Source: Podarcis liolepis (lineage: Eukaryota). From it: DNA of 64,000 bases. The notes under the pieces are model-generated. The model was not told the origin of the DNA. It searched no databases and was given only the letters and a program-made list of their open reading frames with translations. Within the stretch, counting starts at the first letter, position 1; each line of letters begins with the position of its first letter. A program made the translations under genes and the position numbers. The stretch lies in the NCBI GenBank assembly GCA_965112155.1, contig OZ218098.1; one strand, given 5' to 3'. Positions 27,101 through 42,100 of the stretch are shown here, one piece after another.

Positions 27101-30100
27101 TTATTTATAGATGTGCCTGGACCATGTGAACCACCTATAATTAGTAACATAACAAAAGATTTCATGTCGGTAAGCTGGAAAGCACCTGCTGATGATGGCG
27201 GCTCCCCTGTAACTGGATATATTGTTGAAAAACGTGAAACGAGGGCAGTTAACTGGACAAAAGTGAATAGAAAGCCCGTCATTGAAAGAACCATAAAGGC
27301 CACTGGACTCCAGGAAGGAACAGAATATGAGTATAGGGTAACTGCACTGAATAAAGCTGGACCCGGCAAACCTAGTGGAGTATCTAAAGCAGTATATGCA
27401 CGTGATCCTCAGTGTAAGTTGAACACAAGCACATTTTTCGGTCTTCTGTGACTTTGTGAGTGTATGCAAATGGGTTTGCCAGATCATAATTGTGTAATTT
27501 CTTGGTGCTTTCATTCTCAGATCCTCCTGGCCCACCAGCGTTCCCAAAAGTGATTGACACCACCCGTAGCTCTATAACCCTGTCTTGGACCAAACCAGCA
27601 TATGATGGTGGAAGCCCCATTATTGGCTACCTTGTTGAAGTAAAACGAGCAGATACAGATAACTGGGTCCGGTGCAATTTGCCAAGGAATTTGCCAGATA
27701 CCCGTTACGTTGTGACTGGACTCACGGAGAACACAGAATACCAGTTCCGCATTTATGCTGTCAATAAGGTTGGATATAGTGACCCAAGTGATGTGCCAGA
27801 CAAGCACATGGCCAAGGACATTTTAAGTAAGTTGTCCTGAAAAGAAATTGACTTGTTGACTTTCGTGCATATTGTGGGTATCGGTATAGAAGGTTTAGTG
27901 GAGGGCCTATGAGAAACTAGGGGCTCTGTGCTGAACTGTTTCATGAACTCACATATGTCTAGTCTTTAAACCACTATTCCCTCAGTTGTTAAAAACCACA
28001 CAATCTAGCCACATGCTCCTCATTCTGCTCTGTTTCTAAAATTTTCTTGAGAATGGAATCCTCAGCTTTTCTTTCCATCTGCACTATCATTGTTGTACAT
28101 TTTCCTCTACCCAGAAACACACTTGCTCTTTCTCTGTCTTGTGTGAAAGAAAACAATGTCCTCCTTCTGAATAATAATGCAAAGGTATCATGTTTTGAGT
28201 GCAAGGCAAGCACACTTTCCCAATGGGAAGCTCCTAGATAGTTGTAGAAAAGTAGGGACCGCAACTTGACTGAAAGTATAGAGTGGATTCCTCTCAAAAC
28301 AAAGAGAGAGAGAAGAATATGAGAAACCACTGGTGTCTGGCTGGGTAGCATAAAAACTGGCAATTAGGGAAGGAAGGTTAGAGTAACATTTAGAGAGATT
28401 TCCTCTCTTTTACTCATCCACTTGCTTTTTCTAAAAAAGAAAAAAGAAAGCCTGAACTTTATTCCCCCTAACATCATTGCTTTGTATTTTCTCTCTCTTT
28501 CCTTTCCTTTCCATTCCCATCCTGCCTCGGCCACTCACACTGATTTTATTATATTTTAAATTGTTATCATCAGCAATTTATTTGACATCTACTTTTATTT
28601 ACAATGCAGTTCCACCTGAGGGAGAGCTTGATGCTGAATTAAGGAAAGTTCTGGTATTACGTGCTGGAGTCACAATGAGGATTTATGTGCCGGTGAGAGG
28701 CCGTCCACCTCCCAAGATTTCTTGGTCTAAAGTGGATGCCAACATAAGAGACAGGCAAGGACTAGATATCAAATCAACTGACTTTGACACTTTCCTGCGC
28801 TGTGAAAATGTAAATAAATACGATTCTGGAAAATATGTCCTGAGTCTGGAGAACGTCTGTGGCAAAAAAGCATACACAATGGTTGTAAAAGTACTTGGTA
28901 AGTGCTACGTGATTGCCTATTATTGTCTTAACTATCCATACACGTTTTATTTTATATATTTTAGTCATTAACTGAAATGGTTTATTTGCATCTGTACAGA
29001 TACTCCTGGGCCACCTATTAATCTGATTGTAAAAGAAGCATCTAAAGATTCTGCCTTTATTTCATGGGAACCTCCTATAATTGATGGCGGGAGTCCAGTG
29101 AAGAACTATGTGGTTGAAAAACGTGATGCAGAGAGAAAGTCGTGGTCTACAGTAGCCACAGAGTGTCCGAAAACAAGTTTCAGGATCTCTAACTTGGAGG
29201 AAGGCAAATCTTACTTCTTCAGGGTTTTTGCTGAAAATGAATATGGCATTGGCGACCCCTGTGAAACTCGTGATGCAGTTAAAGCTTCTGGTGAGAATAT
29301 TCACATGATTACCCTATCAGGCTATTGTTAAAAGGCTCTTGTGCATCTAAATTTATATTAGCGATTTGTTCATCATTATATTCTTTTCTCCCTGCTAGAA
29401 ACACCTGGACCTGTTGTGGACTTAAAGGCTTTGGCTGTGACAAAGTCATCCTGCAATGTATCGTGGAAAAAGCCCATTAGCGATGGTGGAAGCCGCATTA
29501 ATGCATATATCGTTGAACTTATGACTGGTGAAAATCAGTGGCAGGAAGTTATGAGGTCAAAGAATCTCCAGTATTCAACAAGAGACTTAACAGAAGGCAA
29601 AGAATATACCTTCAGAGTGAGAGCACAAAATGAAGCTGGGTATGGAACACCTAATGAAATTACAGTGCTGGCAAGGGACGATATAGGTGAGTAGATTCAT
29701 ACATTTTCTCGTTCACAGAGCACACTGCATATGTCAGTATAGTGAACAATAGAACTACCCCATGAGATAGCCATGCCAGTCTAATAAAGCAAAAGTAGCA
29801 GAGGTGTCACAAAACCTTTCATTCTTTTACAGAACAGAAGTTACTGAAATGAAGCAACTGTATTCACTGCACTGAGCATACAATAATAACAATATTATAA
29901 TAATAATTTATTATTTATACCCCGCCCATCTGGCTGGGTCCCCTCAGCCACTCTGGGTGGCTTCCAACAAAACACTAAAATACAATAACCTATTAAACAT
30001 TAAAAGCTTCCCTAAACAGGGCTGCCTTTGGATGTCTTCTAAAAGTTTGGTAGTTATTTTTCTCTTTGACATCTGGTGGGAGGGCGTTCCACAGGGCGGG

Positions 30101-33100
30101 CGCCACTACTGAGAAGGCCCTCTGCCTGGTTCCCTGTAACTTGGCTTCTCGCAACAAGGGAACCTCCAGAAGGCCCTCGGCACTGGACCTCAGTGTCTGG
30201 GCTGAACGATGGAGGTGGAGACACTCCTTCAGGTATACTGGACCGAGGCTGTTTAGGGCTTTAAAGGTCAGCACCAACACTTTGAATTGTGCTCGGAAAT
30301 GTACATACAATCATTCAATACCTTTTTGTCTTCCAGTGGCACCTGATCTTGATTTAAAAGACCTGCCAGGCTTGTGCTATTTAGCTAGAGAAGGAAGCAG
30401 TTTCCGCCTGAAAATCCCTATTAAAGGCAAACCAGTACCAACAGTGACATGGAAAAAAGGGGAAGACCTGGCTCTTACTGAGACAGGAAGAGTTGCATTT
30501 GAAGCTACAGCAGTTAACACCTCACTCCTTGTACGTGATTGTCATAAAGATGATGCTGGGAAATATACAATCAAACTGAAGAACATTGCTGGCAGTAAAG
30601 AAGCGACTATTTCTGTGAAGGTTGTTGGCAAACCTGGAATCCCAACAGGACCTGTGAAATTTGATGAAGTCACAGCTGATGCCATGACATTAAAATGGGC
30701 TCCTCCCAAAGATGATGGTGGTTCAGAAATCACTAACTACATTATTGAGAAGAGAGACAATGTGAATAATAAATGGGTCACATGTGTGTCTGCTGTGCAG
30801 AAAACTACCTACAGAGTCACAAGACTTCATGAAGGCAGTGAATATACTTTCAGAATCAGTGCTGAAAATAAATATGGAGTCGGCGAAGGTCTTAAATCTG
30901 ACCCAATAATCGCAAGGCATCCATTTGGTAAGCACAAAAATATGTTTGTTGTGAAGCATTCTGTCATTTAAGGTTCAGTCTAATTCTCTCTTACATTTAT
31001 TATATTTCTAGATGTTCCCGATGCTCCACCACCACCCAAAATTGTTGAGATTAGGCGTGATTCTGCCTATTTAACATGGACAGACCCCAAAAAGACAGGT
31101 GGCTCACCTATCACAGGTATTTCTTTTGACATTTAATTTTGCATAAGATTCCCCAAGGTGTTAAATCTTAGGATCACAAATGACAATCATGATGTAACAC
31201 ATGTTCCTACCCTCCACCAGCTTTTGCAATGTCCAGACCCAACTAACATCAAGGCTCTGGTGTCTGTAAGGCCCGAGGGGGGCATGTTGAGAAGCAGCTT
31301 AGATTCAAAGCCTTCCAGTGCCACAAATCAGGGTGATATTGAGCCACATTTCCAACGGGAGGGGAAAATACAAGTGACAAAAGAGTGCAGAGTGTTCCTC
31401 TGCCCTGCTGGCTTAAGCCTGGCATGGCAATGGATAAGGCAGTGGAGCTATCTTCATATTTCACTACCACCACCTCAGGATTCTACTGCAAAGCATGTCC
31501 TGCGATGGTGACAGAAACTGCTCAGAGATATCAGACAAGGATGCCTTTGCAAAATAAAAAAGTTGGTTCCTATCCACCCCCATTTTTGTTTACCTTTTGA
31601 AATACTAAGCATGTGTTTCCTGTGCTTGTATGCTTCTGTAGGTTACCACCTTGAATATAAAGAAAGAAATAGTATTTTGTGGAAGCGAGCAAACAAGACC
31701 CCACTAAAGATGAGAGACTTCAGAGTGACAGGGTTAACGGAAGGTTTGGAATATGAATTCAGAGTGATGGCAATCAATCTTGCTGGAGTTGGTAAACCAA
31801 GTCTGCCTTCTGAACCAATTGTAGCCCTTGATCCAATTGGTAAGCTTCCCAAAGTAAAGAGATAAGTCTTCATGTTTTAGAAATCAGTGATATACACTTT
31901 TACTACTTCTGTATTCTGCTGTTTTCAGATCCCCCTGGGAAGCCTGAAGTTATCAGTGTGACTAGAAACTCAGTGACTCTGATCTGGACAGAACCGAAAT
32001 ATGATGGCGGACATAAATTAATTGGCTACATAGTGGAGAAACGTGATCTACCTTCAAAGACTTGGATGAAGGCAAACCATGTGAATGTTCAGGAATGTGC
32101 ATATACAGTAACTGACCTTTTTGAAGGATCTAAATATGAATTCAGAATTAGAGCTAAGAATACCGCTGGTGCTATTAGTCCTCCATCAGAATCTACCGGA
32201 GCCATTATATGCAAGGATGAGTATGGTACGTATTCCCTGTAAAGGCGCACACCAGTTTTTAATATTTTAGGTATCTTCTTTCCTAACATATTAATTCTCT
32301 TTTACAGAGGCACCAACTATTGTTATTGATCCTACTGTCAAAGAAGGCCTGACTGTTAAGGCAGGAGACACCATCTCAATGTCTGCTATTAGCATCCGTG
32401 GCAAGCCACTTCCAACTTCAGTGTGGTCTAAAGGAGGCAAAGATTTCAAGCTTTCAGAGACTGTTCATATTGAATCAACTCCAACTTCTTCAACGCTTTC
32501 TGTCAAGTATGCCGCTAGAAAAGATTCTGGTGAATATACGATCACTGCAACCAATCCTTTTGGTACTAAAGAAGAACACGTACATGTAAAAGTTTTAGAT
32601 GTACCAGGCCCACCTGGACCAGTTGAAGTGAGCAATGTTTCAGCTGAAAAGGCTACTCTCACATGGACACCCCCAACAGAAGATGGCGGGTCACCAATCA
32701 AGTCTTATGTACTTGAAAAGAGAGAAACTAGCCGCCTTCTATGGACTCAAGTTGCTGAAGACATTCAGTCTTGTAGGCATGTTGTGACTAAGCTTATTCA
32801 AGGAAATGAGTACCTTTTCCGTGTTTCTGCTGTGAATCAGTATGGCAAAGGAGAACCATCTCAATCAGAGCCAGTTAAAATGGTGGATAGATTTGGTAAG
32901 CAAAACTAGTCAAAAGGTATATGAATTTACTGCTGTAAAAATAGAAAAACATTTATGTGTTTATCAAAATCTGTTTTCCTCCTTTTAGGGCCTCCTGGTC
33001 CACCTGGTAAACCAGAAGTATCAAATATTACGAAAAACACTGTTACTGTAACCTGGAAAAGGCCAACTGATGACGGTGGCAGCGAAATCACAGGCTACCA

Positions 33101-36100
33101 TGTGGAAAGAAGAGAAAGAAAAGGCGTGAGATGGGTCAGAGTTACAAAGAAACCAGTATCAGACCTTCGATGCAAAGTGACTGGACTCCTAGAAGGAAAT
33201 GAATATGAATTCCGTGTCAGTGCAGAAAACAGGGCAGGAATTGGGCCACCAAGTGATATTTCTCAACCAGTATTAACCAAGGATGCTGCATGTTAGTATG
33301 ATTTCTATACTTTAGGGGGGGGAATCCCTTTATAGCATGATTATCTATAAGGATTCCAATCAAATAAAATGTGTTGCCTTTTTCATTATTTATAGATCCA
33401 CCGGGACCTCCTTCCAACCCACGAGTAACTGATACAACAAAGACAACTGCTAGCCTAGCATGGGGTAAACCTCACTATGATGGCGGACTTGATATAATCG
33501 GCTATATTGTGGAGCACCAAAAAGAAGGAGAAGACACATGGGTGAAAGATACCACGGGGACTGCTCTAAGAATCACAGAATTTGTGGTTGCTAATCTCCA
33601 GCCAGGAGCCAAATACAATTTTAGAATTATTGCCCTCAATGCTGCTGGCGCTGGTGAACCAGCAACGATAAAAGATGTTGAAATCAGGGAACGTGAAGTA
33701 GCTCCTGATTTTGAATTAGACGCCGAGCTGAGGAAAACTCTTGTTGTTAGAGCTGGACTGACCATTCGGGTATTTGTTCCAATTAAAGGGCGCCCAGTTC
33801 CTGAAATCACATGGACCAAGGATGATATTTCACTTAAAGGACGTGCCAGTATTGAAAATACAGACTCTTTCACACTTCTCATTGTCACAGAATGCAATAG
33901 ATATGATGCAGGAAAGTATGTCATGACCCTTGAAAATGCTGCTGGCAAGAAGACTGGTTTTGTAAATGTAAAAGTCTTGGATACACCAGGGCCACCAATA
34001 AATCTCAAGCCCAGAGACATATCTAAAGATACCATCACCCTACAATGGGATATGCCTCTAATTGATGGTGGTTCACGCATAACAAATTATATAGTTGAAA
34101 AACGTGAGTCAACACGAAAGGCATATTCAACCATCACAACAAAGTGCCCAAAATGTTCACTTAGGATTCCTAATTTGGCTGAAGGGTGTGAATATTACTT
34201 CAGAGTATTTGCTGAAAACGAATTTGGAATTGGTGAACCTGCCGAAACTGCTGAACCTGTAAGAGCGTCAGAGGCACCATCACCACCAGAGAGCCTTAAT
34301 ATCATGGATATCACAAGGAAGACAGTCAGCCTTGCTTGGCCAAAGCCCGAACATGATGGTGGTAGCAAGATTACTGGCTATGTTATTGAAGCCCAGAAAA
34401 AAGGTTCAACTCAGTGGACACATATCACAACTGTGAAAACATTAGAATGTGTGGTAAAGAATCTGACTGAAAATGAAGAATATACTTTCCAGGTTATGGC
34501 AGTTAATAGTGCTGGAAGAAGTGATCCAAGAGAAAGCAGACCAGTTGTCGTTAAAGAGCAAATGATGCTTCCAGAATTTGATTTGCGTGGCCTTTACCAG
34601 AAAACAGTAATTGCCAGAGCTGGTGACAATATCAAAGTTGAAATACCTGTGCTTGGTCGCCCAAGGCCAACTATTACTTGGAAAAAAGAAGACCAGTTAA
34701 TTAAACAAACTCAAAGAGTAAACTTTGAACATACTGCTTCTGCAGCCATCTTGACCATTAATGAATGCACTAGAAACGATAGCGGCAGATACCCAATCTC
34801 AGCTAAAAATATTGTTGGTGAAGTTAGCGATGTTATAACTATACAGGTGCATGATGTTCCTGGACCTCCCACAGGGCCAATCAAATTTGAAGAAGTTTCA
34901 TCCGACTATGTCACCTTCTCATGGGAACCTCCACTGAATGATGGAGGGGTACCAATAAGTAACTATGTTGTAGAAATGCGTAAAACCGACAGTACTGCAT
35001 GGGCTGAGTTAGCAACTACTGTTATACGTACTACTTTTAAAGCTGCTCGCCTCACTACTGGGACAGAGTACCAATTCCGTGTTAAAGCTCAGAACAGATA
35101 TGGTTCAGGACCATCTATCAGTTCAGAGAATGTAATTGCTAACTATCCTTTTAAAGTTCCCGGTCCTCCAGGCACTCCTCAACTGATTGCAGTCACAAAA
35201 GATGCAATTAGCATTAGCTGGCATGAGCCTTTGACAGATGGAGGAAGCCCCATTTTGGGATATCACATTGAGCAAAAAGAACGAAATAGCATTCTTTGGC
35301 AGACCGTAAGTAAAGCTTTGATATCAGTAAATACCTTCAAATCAAGTGGTCTTACATCTGGCCTTGCCTATGAATTCCGAGTCATAGCAGAAAATATGGC
35401 AGGCAAGAGTAAACCAAGCAAGCCATCTGAGCCAGCATTGGCCCTGGACCCTATTGATCCTCCTGGGAAGCCAGTTCCTCTCAATATTACAAGACACGCA
35501 GTAGCACTTAAGTGGAAAAAACCTGAATATAATGGAGGTTTTAAGATAACTGGCTATACTGTTGAAAAAAGAGATCTTCCTAATGGCCGATGGCTAAAGG
35601 CTAACTTTGGCAATATACTAGAAACTGAGTTCACTGTTAGTGGTCTCACAGAAGATGCTGCTTATGAATTCCGTGTGATTGCTAGAAATGCGGCTGGTGC
35701 TGTTAGCCACCCATCCGAACCATCAGATGCAATAACGTGCAGAGATGAGATTGAAGCACCAAGGATCATGGTTGATGCTAAATACAAAGACACTTTGATA
35801 TTAAAAGCAGGTGAAATTTTCAAACTTGAAGCTGATGTTTCAGGTCGCCCTCCACCAACTCTGACATGGACGAAAGAAGGAAAGGAGCTTGAAGACACGG
35901 CAAAATTAGAAATTAAAATAGCTGATTTCTCAACTGTTCTTCATAATAAGGACTCTATAAGAAGAGATGGAGGTGCCTACACACTTACAGCCTCCAATCC
36001 AGGTGGCTTTGCAAAACATATTTTCAATGTCAAAGTACTAGACAGACCTGGTCCTCCAGAAGGGCCTTTGGCTGTGTCTGATGTTACCATAGAAAAATGT

Positions 36101-39100
36101 GTCCTGTCATGGTTACCACCTTTGGATGATGGAGGCGCAAGTATTGACCATTATGTTGTTGAGAAACGTGAGACTAGCAGATTGGCATGGACAACTGTAG
36201 CCACAGAAGTTCCAGTAACAAAATTAAAGGTCACAAAGCTATTGAAAGGCAATGAATATATCTTCCGTGTTATGGCTGTTAACAAATATGGCCTTGGCGA
36301 AGCCCTGGAATCAGAGCCTGTTCTTGCAGTAAATCCTTATGTAGTACCTGATCCACCGAAGACACCTGAAGTTACAGCTGCAACCAAAGATTCTATGATT
36401 GTGTGCTGGGGACACCCTGATTCTGATGGTGGAAGCCCTATAATCAATTATATTGTAGAACGTCGTGACAGGGCTGGACTACGCTGGGTGAAATGTAACA
36501 AGCGGGTTGTCACAGATTTGCGCTATAAAGTATCTGGACTCACAGAAGGTCATGAATATGAATACCGAGTGAAAGCTGAAAACGCTGCTGGTGTAAGTGA
36601 ACCAAGTCTAAGCAGTCCATTCTACAAAGCTGCTGACACTGTATTTAAGCCAGGTCCACCAGGTAACCCACGTGTATTAGACACAAGCAAGTCCTCAATT
36701 ACAATTGCTTGGAATAAGCCAATATATGATGGTGGCTCAGAAATCACAGGCTACATGGTTGAAACAGCATTACCTGACGAAGATGAGTGGAAAATTGTAA
36801 CTCCACCAGCAGGGCTGAAGGCAACTTCCTTTACCATCACTAATCTAAAAGAAAACCAGGAATATAAAATCAGAATATATGCTATGAACTCTGAAGGCAT
36901 TGGAGAACCTGCTCTTGTTCCTGGGACACCAAAAGCTGAAGAAAGGGTACTGCCTCCTGAGATTGAACTTGATGCAGACCTACGTAAAGTTGTGACCCTC
37001 AGAGCTTGCTGTACTTTAAGACTCTTCGTCCCAATTAAAGGAAGACCAGCGCCTGAAGTGAAATGGTCAAGAGAACATGGAGAGTCTTTAGACAAAGCCA
37101 CTATTGAATCCACAAGCTCTTATACACTACTTACAGTTGGAAATGTGAATAGATTTGACAGTGGCAAATATATACTGACTGTAGAAAACAGCTCAGGCAG
37201 TAAATCAGCATTTGTAATTGTAAGGGTTCTTGATACACCTGGCGCCCCACAGAATCTGAAGATAAAAGAGGTTACAAAGTCATCTGTGACTCTCACGTGG
37301 GACCCTCCCCTCATAGATGGTGGCTCTAAAATTAAAAATTATATTATTGAAAAACGTGAGGCAACAAGAAAAGCATATTCAACAGTTATGGCCAATTGCC
37401 ATAAGACCAGCTGGAAAGTGGACAATCTACAGGAAGGTTGCAACTATTATTTCAGAGTTCTAGCTGAAAATGAATATGGAATAGGGCTTCCTGTTGAAAC
37501 ATCAGACTCTATTAAGGCATCTGAAAGGCCTCTTCCTCCAGGAAAAATAACTATATTAGATGTGACACGAAAGAGTGTATCTTTGTCTTGGGAGAAACCT
37601 GAACATGATGGAGGAAGCAGAATTTTGGGCTACATTGTAGAAATGCAAAGCAAAGGCAGTGAGAAATGGGCCACATGCACTACTGTAAAAGTTACTGAAG
37701 CTGTTATAACTGGACTGATCCAGGGTGAAGAATATTCTTTCCGTGTTTCAGCTCAGAATGAAAAAGGAATCAGTGATCCTCGACAATTGAGTGTACCAGT
37801 TATTGCGAAAGATCTTGTGATACCACCAGCCTTCAAACTGTTATTCACTACCTTCAGTGTACTAGCAGGTGAAGACTTAAAGGTTGATGTTCCATTTGTT
37901 GGTCGACCCAAGCCAGCTGTAACGTGGCTCAAAGATGATGTGCCACTAAGACAAACTACTAGAGTAAACGAAGAAAATACAGACAACAACACTTTGCTAA
38001 CAATAAAAGAAGCATGTAGAGAAGATGTTGGACAATATTTAGTAAAACTTTCTAACTCTGCTGGGGAAGCTACTGAAATTATTAACATTGTTGTCCTTGA
38101 CAAGCCAGGACCTCCAACTGGACCAGTGAAGATTGAAGACGTAACTGCAGACAATATTACCATTTCCTGGGGACCACCCAAATATGATGGTGGCAGTTCT
38201 ATCAACAATTATATTGTGGAAAAACGAGACACCTCCACTACTGCTTGGCAGATTGTTTCAGCTACCGTTGCCCGAACAACTCTAAAAGCAGCTAGATTAA
38301 AGACTGGATGTGAATATCAATTCAGAATTGCTGCTGAAAACAGATATGGAAAGAGTACATATCTCACATCAGAGTCTGTGGTAGCCCAGTATCCATACAA
38401 ACTACCTGGGCCTCCTGGAACTCCTTTTGTACCAAAAGTCTCCAGGGATAGTATGGTTGTACACTGGAATGAACCAGTCAATGATGGTGGCAGCAAGATT
38501 ATTGGTTATCATTTGGAGCGCAAGGAAAGAAACAGCATACTCTGGGTTAAATTGAACAAAGCGGCAATTCCTGACACTAACTTTAAAACAACTGGACTTG
38601 AGGAAGGCCTTGAATATGAATTCAGAGTTTATGCAGAAAATATAGTTGGTATCGGAAAAGCAAGTAAAGGTTCAGAATGCTACAAAGCTTATGATCCTTG
38701 TGATCCTCCTGGTCGTCCAGAGCCTATCATCGTCACAAGGAACTCTGTTACTCTTCAGTGGAAGAAACCAGCATATGATGGCGGAAGCAAGATCACCGGA
38801 TACATAGTTGAGAAGAAGGAGCTACCTGAAGGCCGCTGGATGAAAGCAAGCTTTACAAATGTTATTGAGACCCAGTTTGCAGTAACTGGCCTAGTTGAAG
38901 ATCAAAGGTATGAGTTCCGTGTCATTGCGCGCAACGCTGCAGGCGTTTTCAGTGAGCCATCTGAAAGCTCAGGGGCAGTCACAGCAAGAGATGAAGTAGA
39001 GCCACCTCGCATAAGTATGGACCCCAAATTTAAAGAAACCCTTGTACTGCATGCTGGCGAATCGTTCAAGATTGACGCAGACGTTCACGGTAAGCCGCTG

Positions 39101-42100
39101 CCCTCTATTCAGTGGCTAAAAGGCGACAAGGAACTAGTGAATACTGCACGCTTGGATATAAAAACCACAGACTTTGCCACAAGCCTAAGCGTCAAAGAAG
39201 CCATTCGCGTTGACAGTGGGCATTATGTATTGCTGGCCAAGAATGCTGCAGGTGAAAAGACAGCTTCCATTCATGTTAAGGTTCTTGACAAACCTGGCCC
39301 ACCTGAAGGTCCGGTTGTTGTAACAGGAGTTACTGCTGAAAAGTGTTACCTGGCATGGAAACCCCCATTGCAAGATGGTGGTAGTGACATTTCACATTAT
39401 GTAATTGAAAGAAGAGAAACAAGCCGCTTAGTCTGGACTTTAGTTGATGGCAATGTACAAACCCTTAGTTACAAAGTTACTAAACTTTTGGAAGGCAACG
39501 AATATATCTTCCGCATCATGGCTGTAAACAAATATGGCGTTGGGGAGCCTCTTGAATCTGAGCCTGTAATGGCTAAAAATCCATTTGTAGTGCCACTTCC
39601 ACCAAAGGCCCCAGAGGTCTCGGCTGTTACCAAGGATTCTATGATTGTCGTATGGGAAAGACCACCCTCTGATGGCGGCAGTGAAATTTTGGGTTATGTA
39701 CTAGAAAAACGTGATAAAGAAGGCATTCGGTGGACAAGATGTAACAAGCGTTTGATAAGTGAACTTCGATACAGAGTTACTGGACTTATAGAAAATCATA
39801 ATTATGAATACAGAGTCTCGGCTGAAAATGCAGCTGGCCTCAGTGAGCCAAGCCTACCTTCTGTTTATCATAAGGCTTGTGACCCTATATACAAACCAGG
39901 TCCTCCCAACAATCCTAAAGCAATAGATGTTACAAGATCTTCGGTTTTTCTCTCCTGGAGTAAGCCAATCTATGATGGTGGCTCAGAAATCCAAGGATAC
40001 ATTGTTGAAAAATGTGATGTGAGTGTTGGGGACTGGGCAATTTGTACACCACCAACTGGAATTAAGAAAACAAATATGGAAGTAGAAAAATTGCAGGAGA
40101 AGCATGAATATAAATTCCGCATTTGTGCTGTTAACAAAGCAGGAGTAGGAGAGCATGCTGATGTTCCTGGAACTATTGTGGTCGAAGAAAAGCTGGAAGC
40201 TCCAGACCTTGATCTAGACTTGGAACTGAGGAAGGTTATCAATGTAAGAGCTGGTGGCTCCTTAAGATTATTTGTTCCAATTAGAGGACGCCCAACACCC
40301 GAAGTAAAATGGAGCAAGGTGGATGGTGACATCAGAGAGGCAGCTGTTATTGACAGCACTAGCAGCTTTACCTCGCTGGTTCTCGACAACGTTAACAGAT
40401 TTGATTCTGGAAAATACACTCTTACTTTAGAAAACAGTGGTGGAACTAAGTCTGCCTTCGTCAGTGTAAGAGTCCTAGATACCCCAGGCCCCCCAGTGAA
40501 CCTGAAAATTAAGGAAATCACCAAAGACTCAGTATCACTTGCCTGGGAGCCTCCTTCGATAGACGGTGGAGCTAAAATTAAAAATTATATAATAGAAAAA
40601 CGTGAAGCCACAAGGAAAGCCTATGCTGCTGTTGTAACAAACTGCCACAAGACATCGTGGAAAGTGGCTCAACTTCAGGAGGGCTGCTATTATTACTTCA
40701 GAGTTTGTGCAGAGAATGAATTTGGAATTGGCCTGCCTGCAGAAACAAGTGACCCAGTTAAAGTTGCTGAAGTTCCTCAACCTCCAGGAAAGATAACAGT
40801 GGACGATGTGACAAGAAACAGCGTTTCATTAAGCTGGGCTAAGCCTGAACATGATGGCGGAAGCAAAATTTTGCAATACATAGTGGAAATGCAAGTTAAG
40901 GGCAGCGAAAAATGGTCAGAATGTACGCGTGTGAAAGTTCTTGAAGCACTTGTTACTAACTTATCTCAAGGACAGGATTATCTCTTCAGGGTAATGGCTG
41001 TAAATGAAAAGGGTAAGAGTGATCCACGGTCCCTTGCTGTTCCAATAACAGCCAAAGATTTAGTTATTGAACCAGATGTACGACCAGCATTCCACAGTTA
41101 CAGTATACAAGTGGGACAAGACCTAAAGGTGGAAATACCAATATCTGGTCGACCTACACCTACTATTACTTGGACCAAAGATGGCATGCCATTAAAACAG
41201 ACAACTAGAGTTAATGTCATCGATTCACCTAAACTTACTGTGCTGAGTATTAAAGAGGTCACCAAAGAAGACAGTGGGGCGTATGAAATTGCAGTTGCTA
41301 ATGTTGTTGGACAGAAATCTGCAACTGTTGAAATTATAACACTAGACAAGCCTGATCCTCCAAAAGGCCCTGTTAAATTTGATGAAATTAGTGCTGAAAG
41401 TATTACATTATCATGGAACCCTCCACTATACACAGGTGGCTGCCAAATCACTAACTACATTGTTCATAAGAGAGATACAACCACCACCGTATGGGAAACA
41501 GTTTCAGCTACCGTTGCAAGAACCACTCTCAAGGTGATGAAGCTCAAAACTGGATCAGAATATCAGTTTAGAATATTTGCTGAAAATAGATACGGGCAGA
41601 GCTTTGCCCTGGAGTCTGACACAGTTGTTGCTCAGTATCCCTATAAAGAACCAGGTCCTCCTGGCACACCATTTGTGACAACAGTTACAAAGGACTCTAT
41701 GGTTGTGCAATGGCATGAACCAGTAAATGATGGTGGAAGTAAAATTTTAGGTTATCATCTTGAAAGAAAGGAAAGAAACAGCATTTTGTGGACAAAGGTA
41801 AACAAGACAGTTATTCAAGACACACATTACAAAACATCTAACCTTGAAGAAGGCATTGAATATGAATTTAGAGTAGCTGCAGAAAATATTGTTGGTGTTG
41901 GCAAAGCAAGCAAAGCTTCTGAGTGTTACGTAGCGCGTGACCCTTGTGATCCTCCAGGATGCCCTGAAGCTATTATTGTTAAAAGAAGTTCAATTACTCT
42001 GCAATGGACAAAGCCAGAATATGATGGTGGCAGCAAAATTACAGGCTATGTAGTAGAGAAACGTGATTTGCCTGAAGGTCGTTGGATGAAAGCAAGTTTC

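Noticed and set aside
27989-28363. 124-aa minus-strand intronic ORF in intron 316
   Set aside because: It has low-complexity Leu/Ser/Phe composition and no recognisable motif, so it is probably a chance ORF.
30066-30336. Plus-strand ORF running from the L2 into exon 320 (apparent TE-titin fusion protein)
   Set aside because: It is the antisense shadow of L2 ORF2. It starts at TTG, and the candidate acceptors I checked inside it are out of frame with exon 320.
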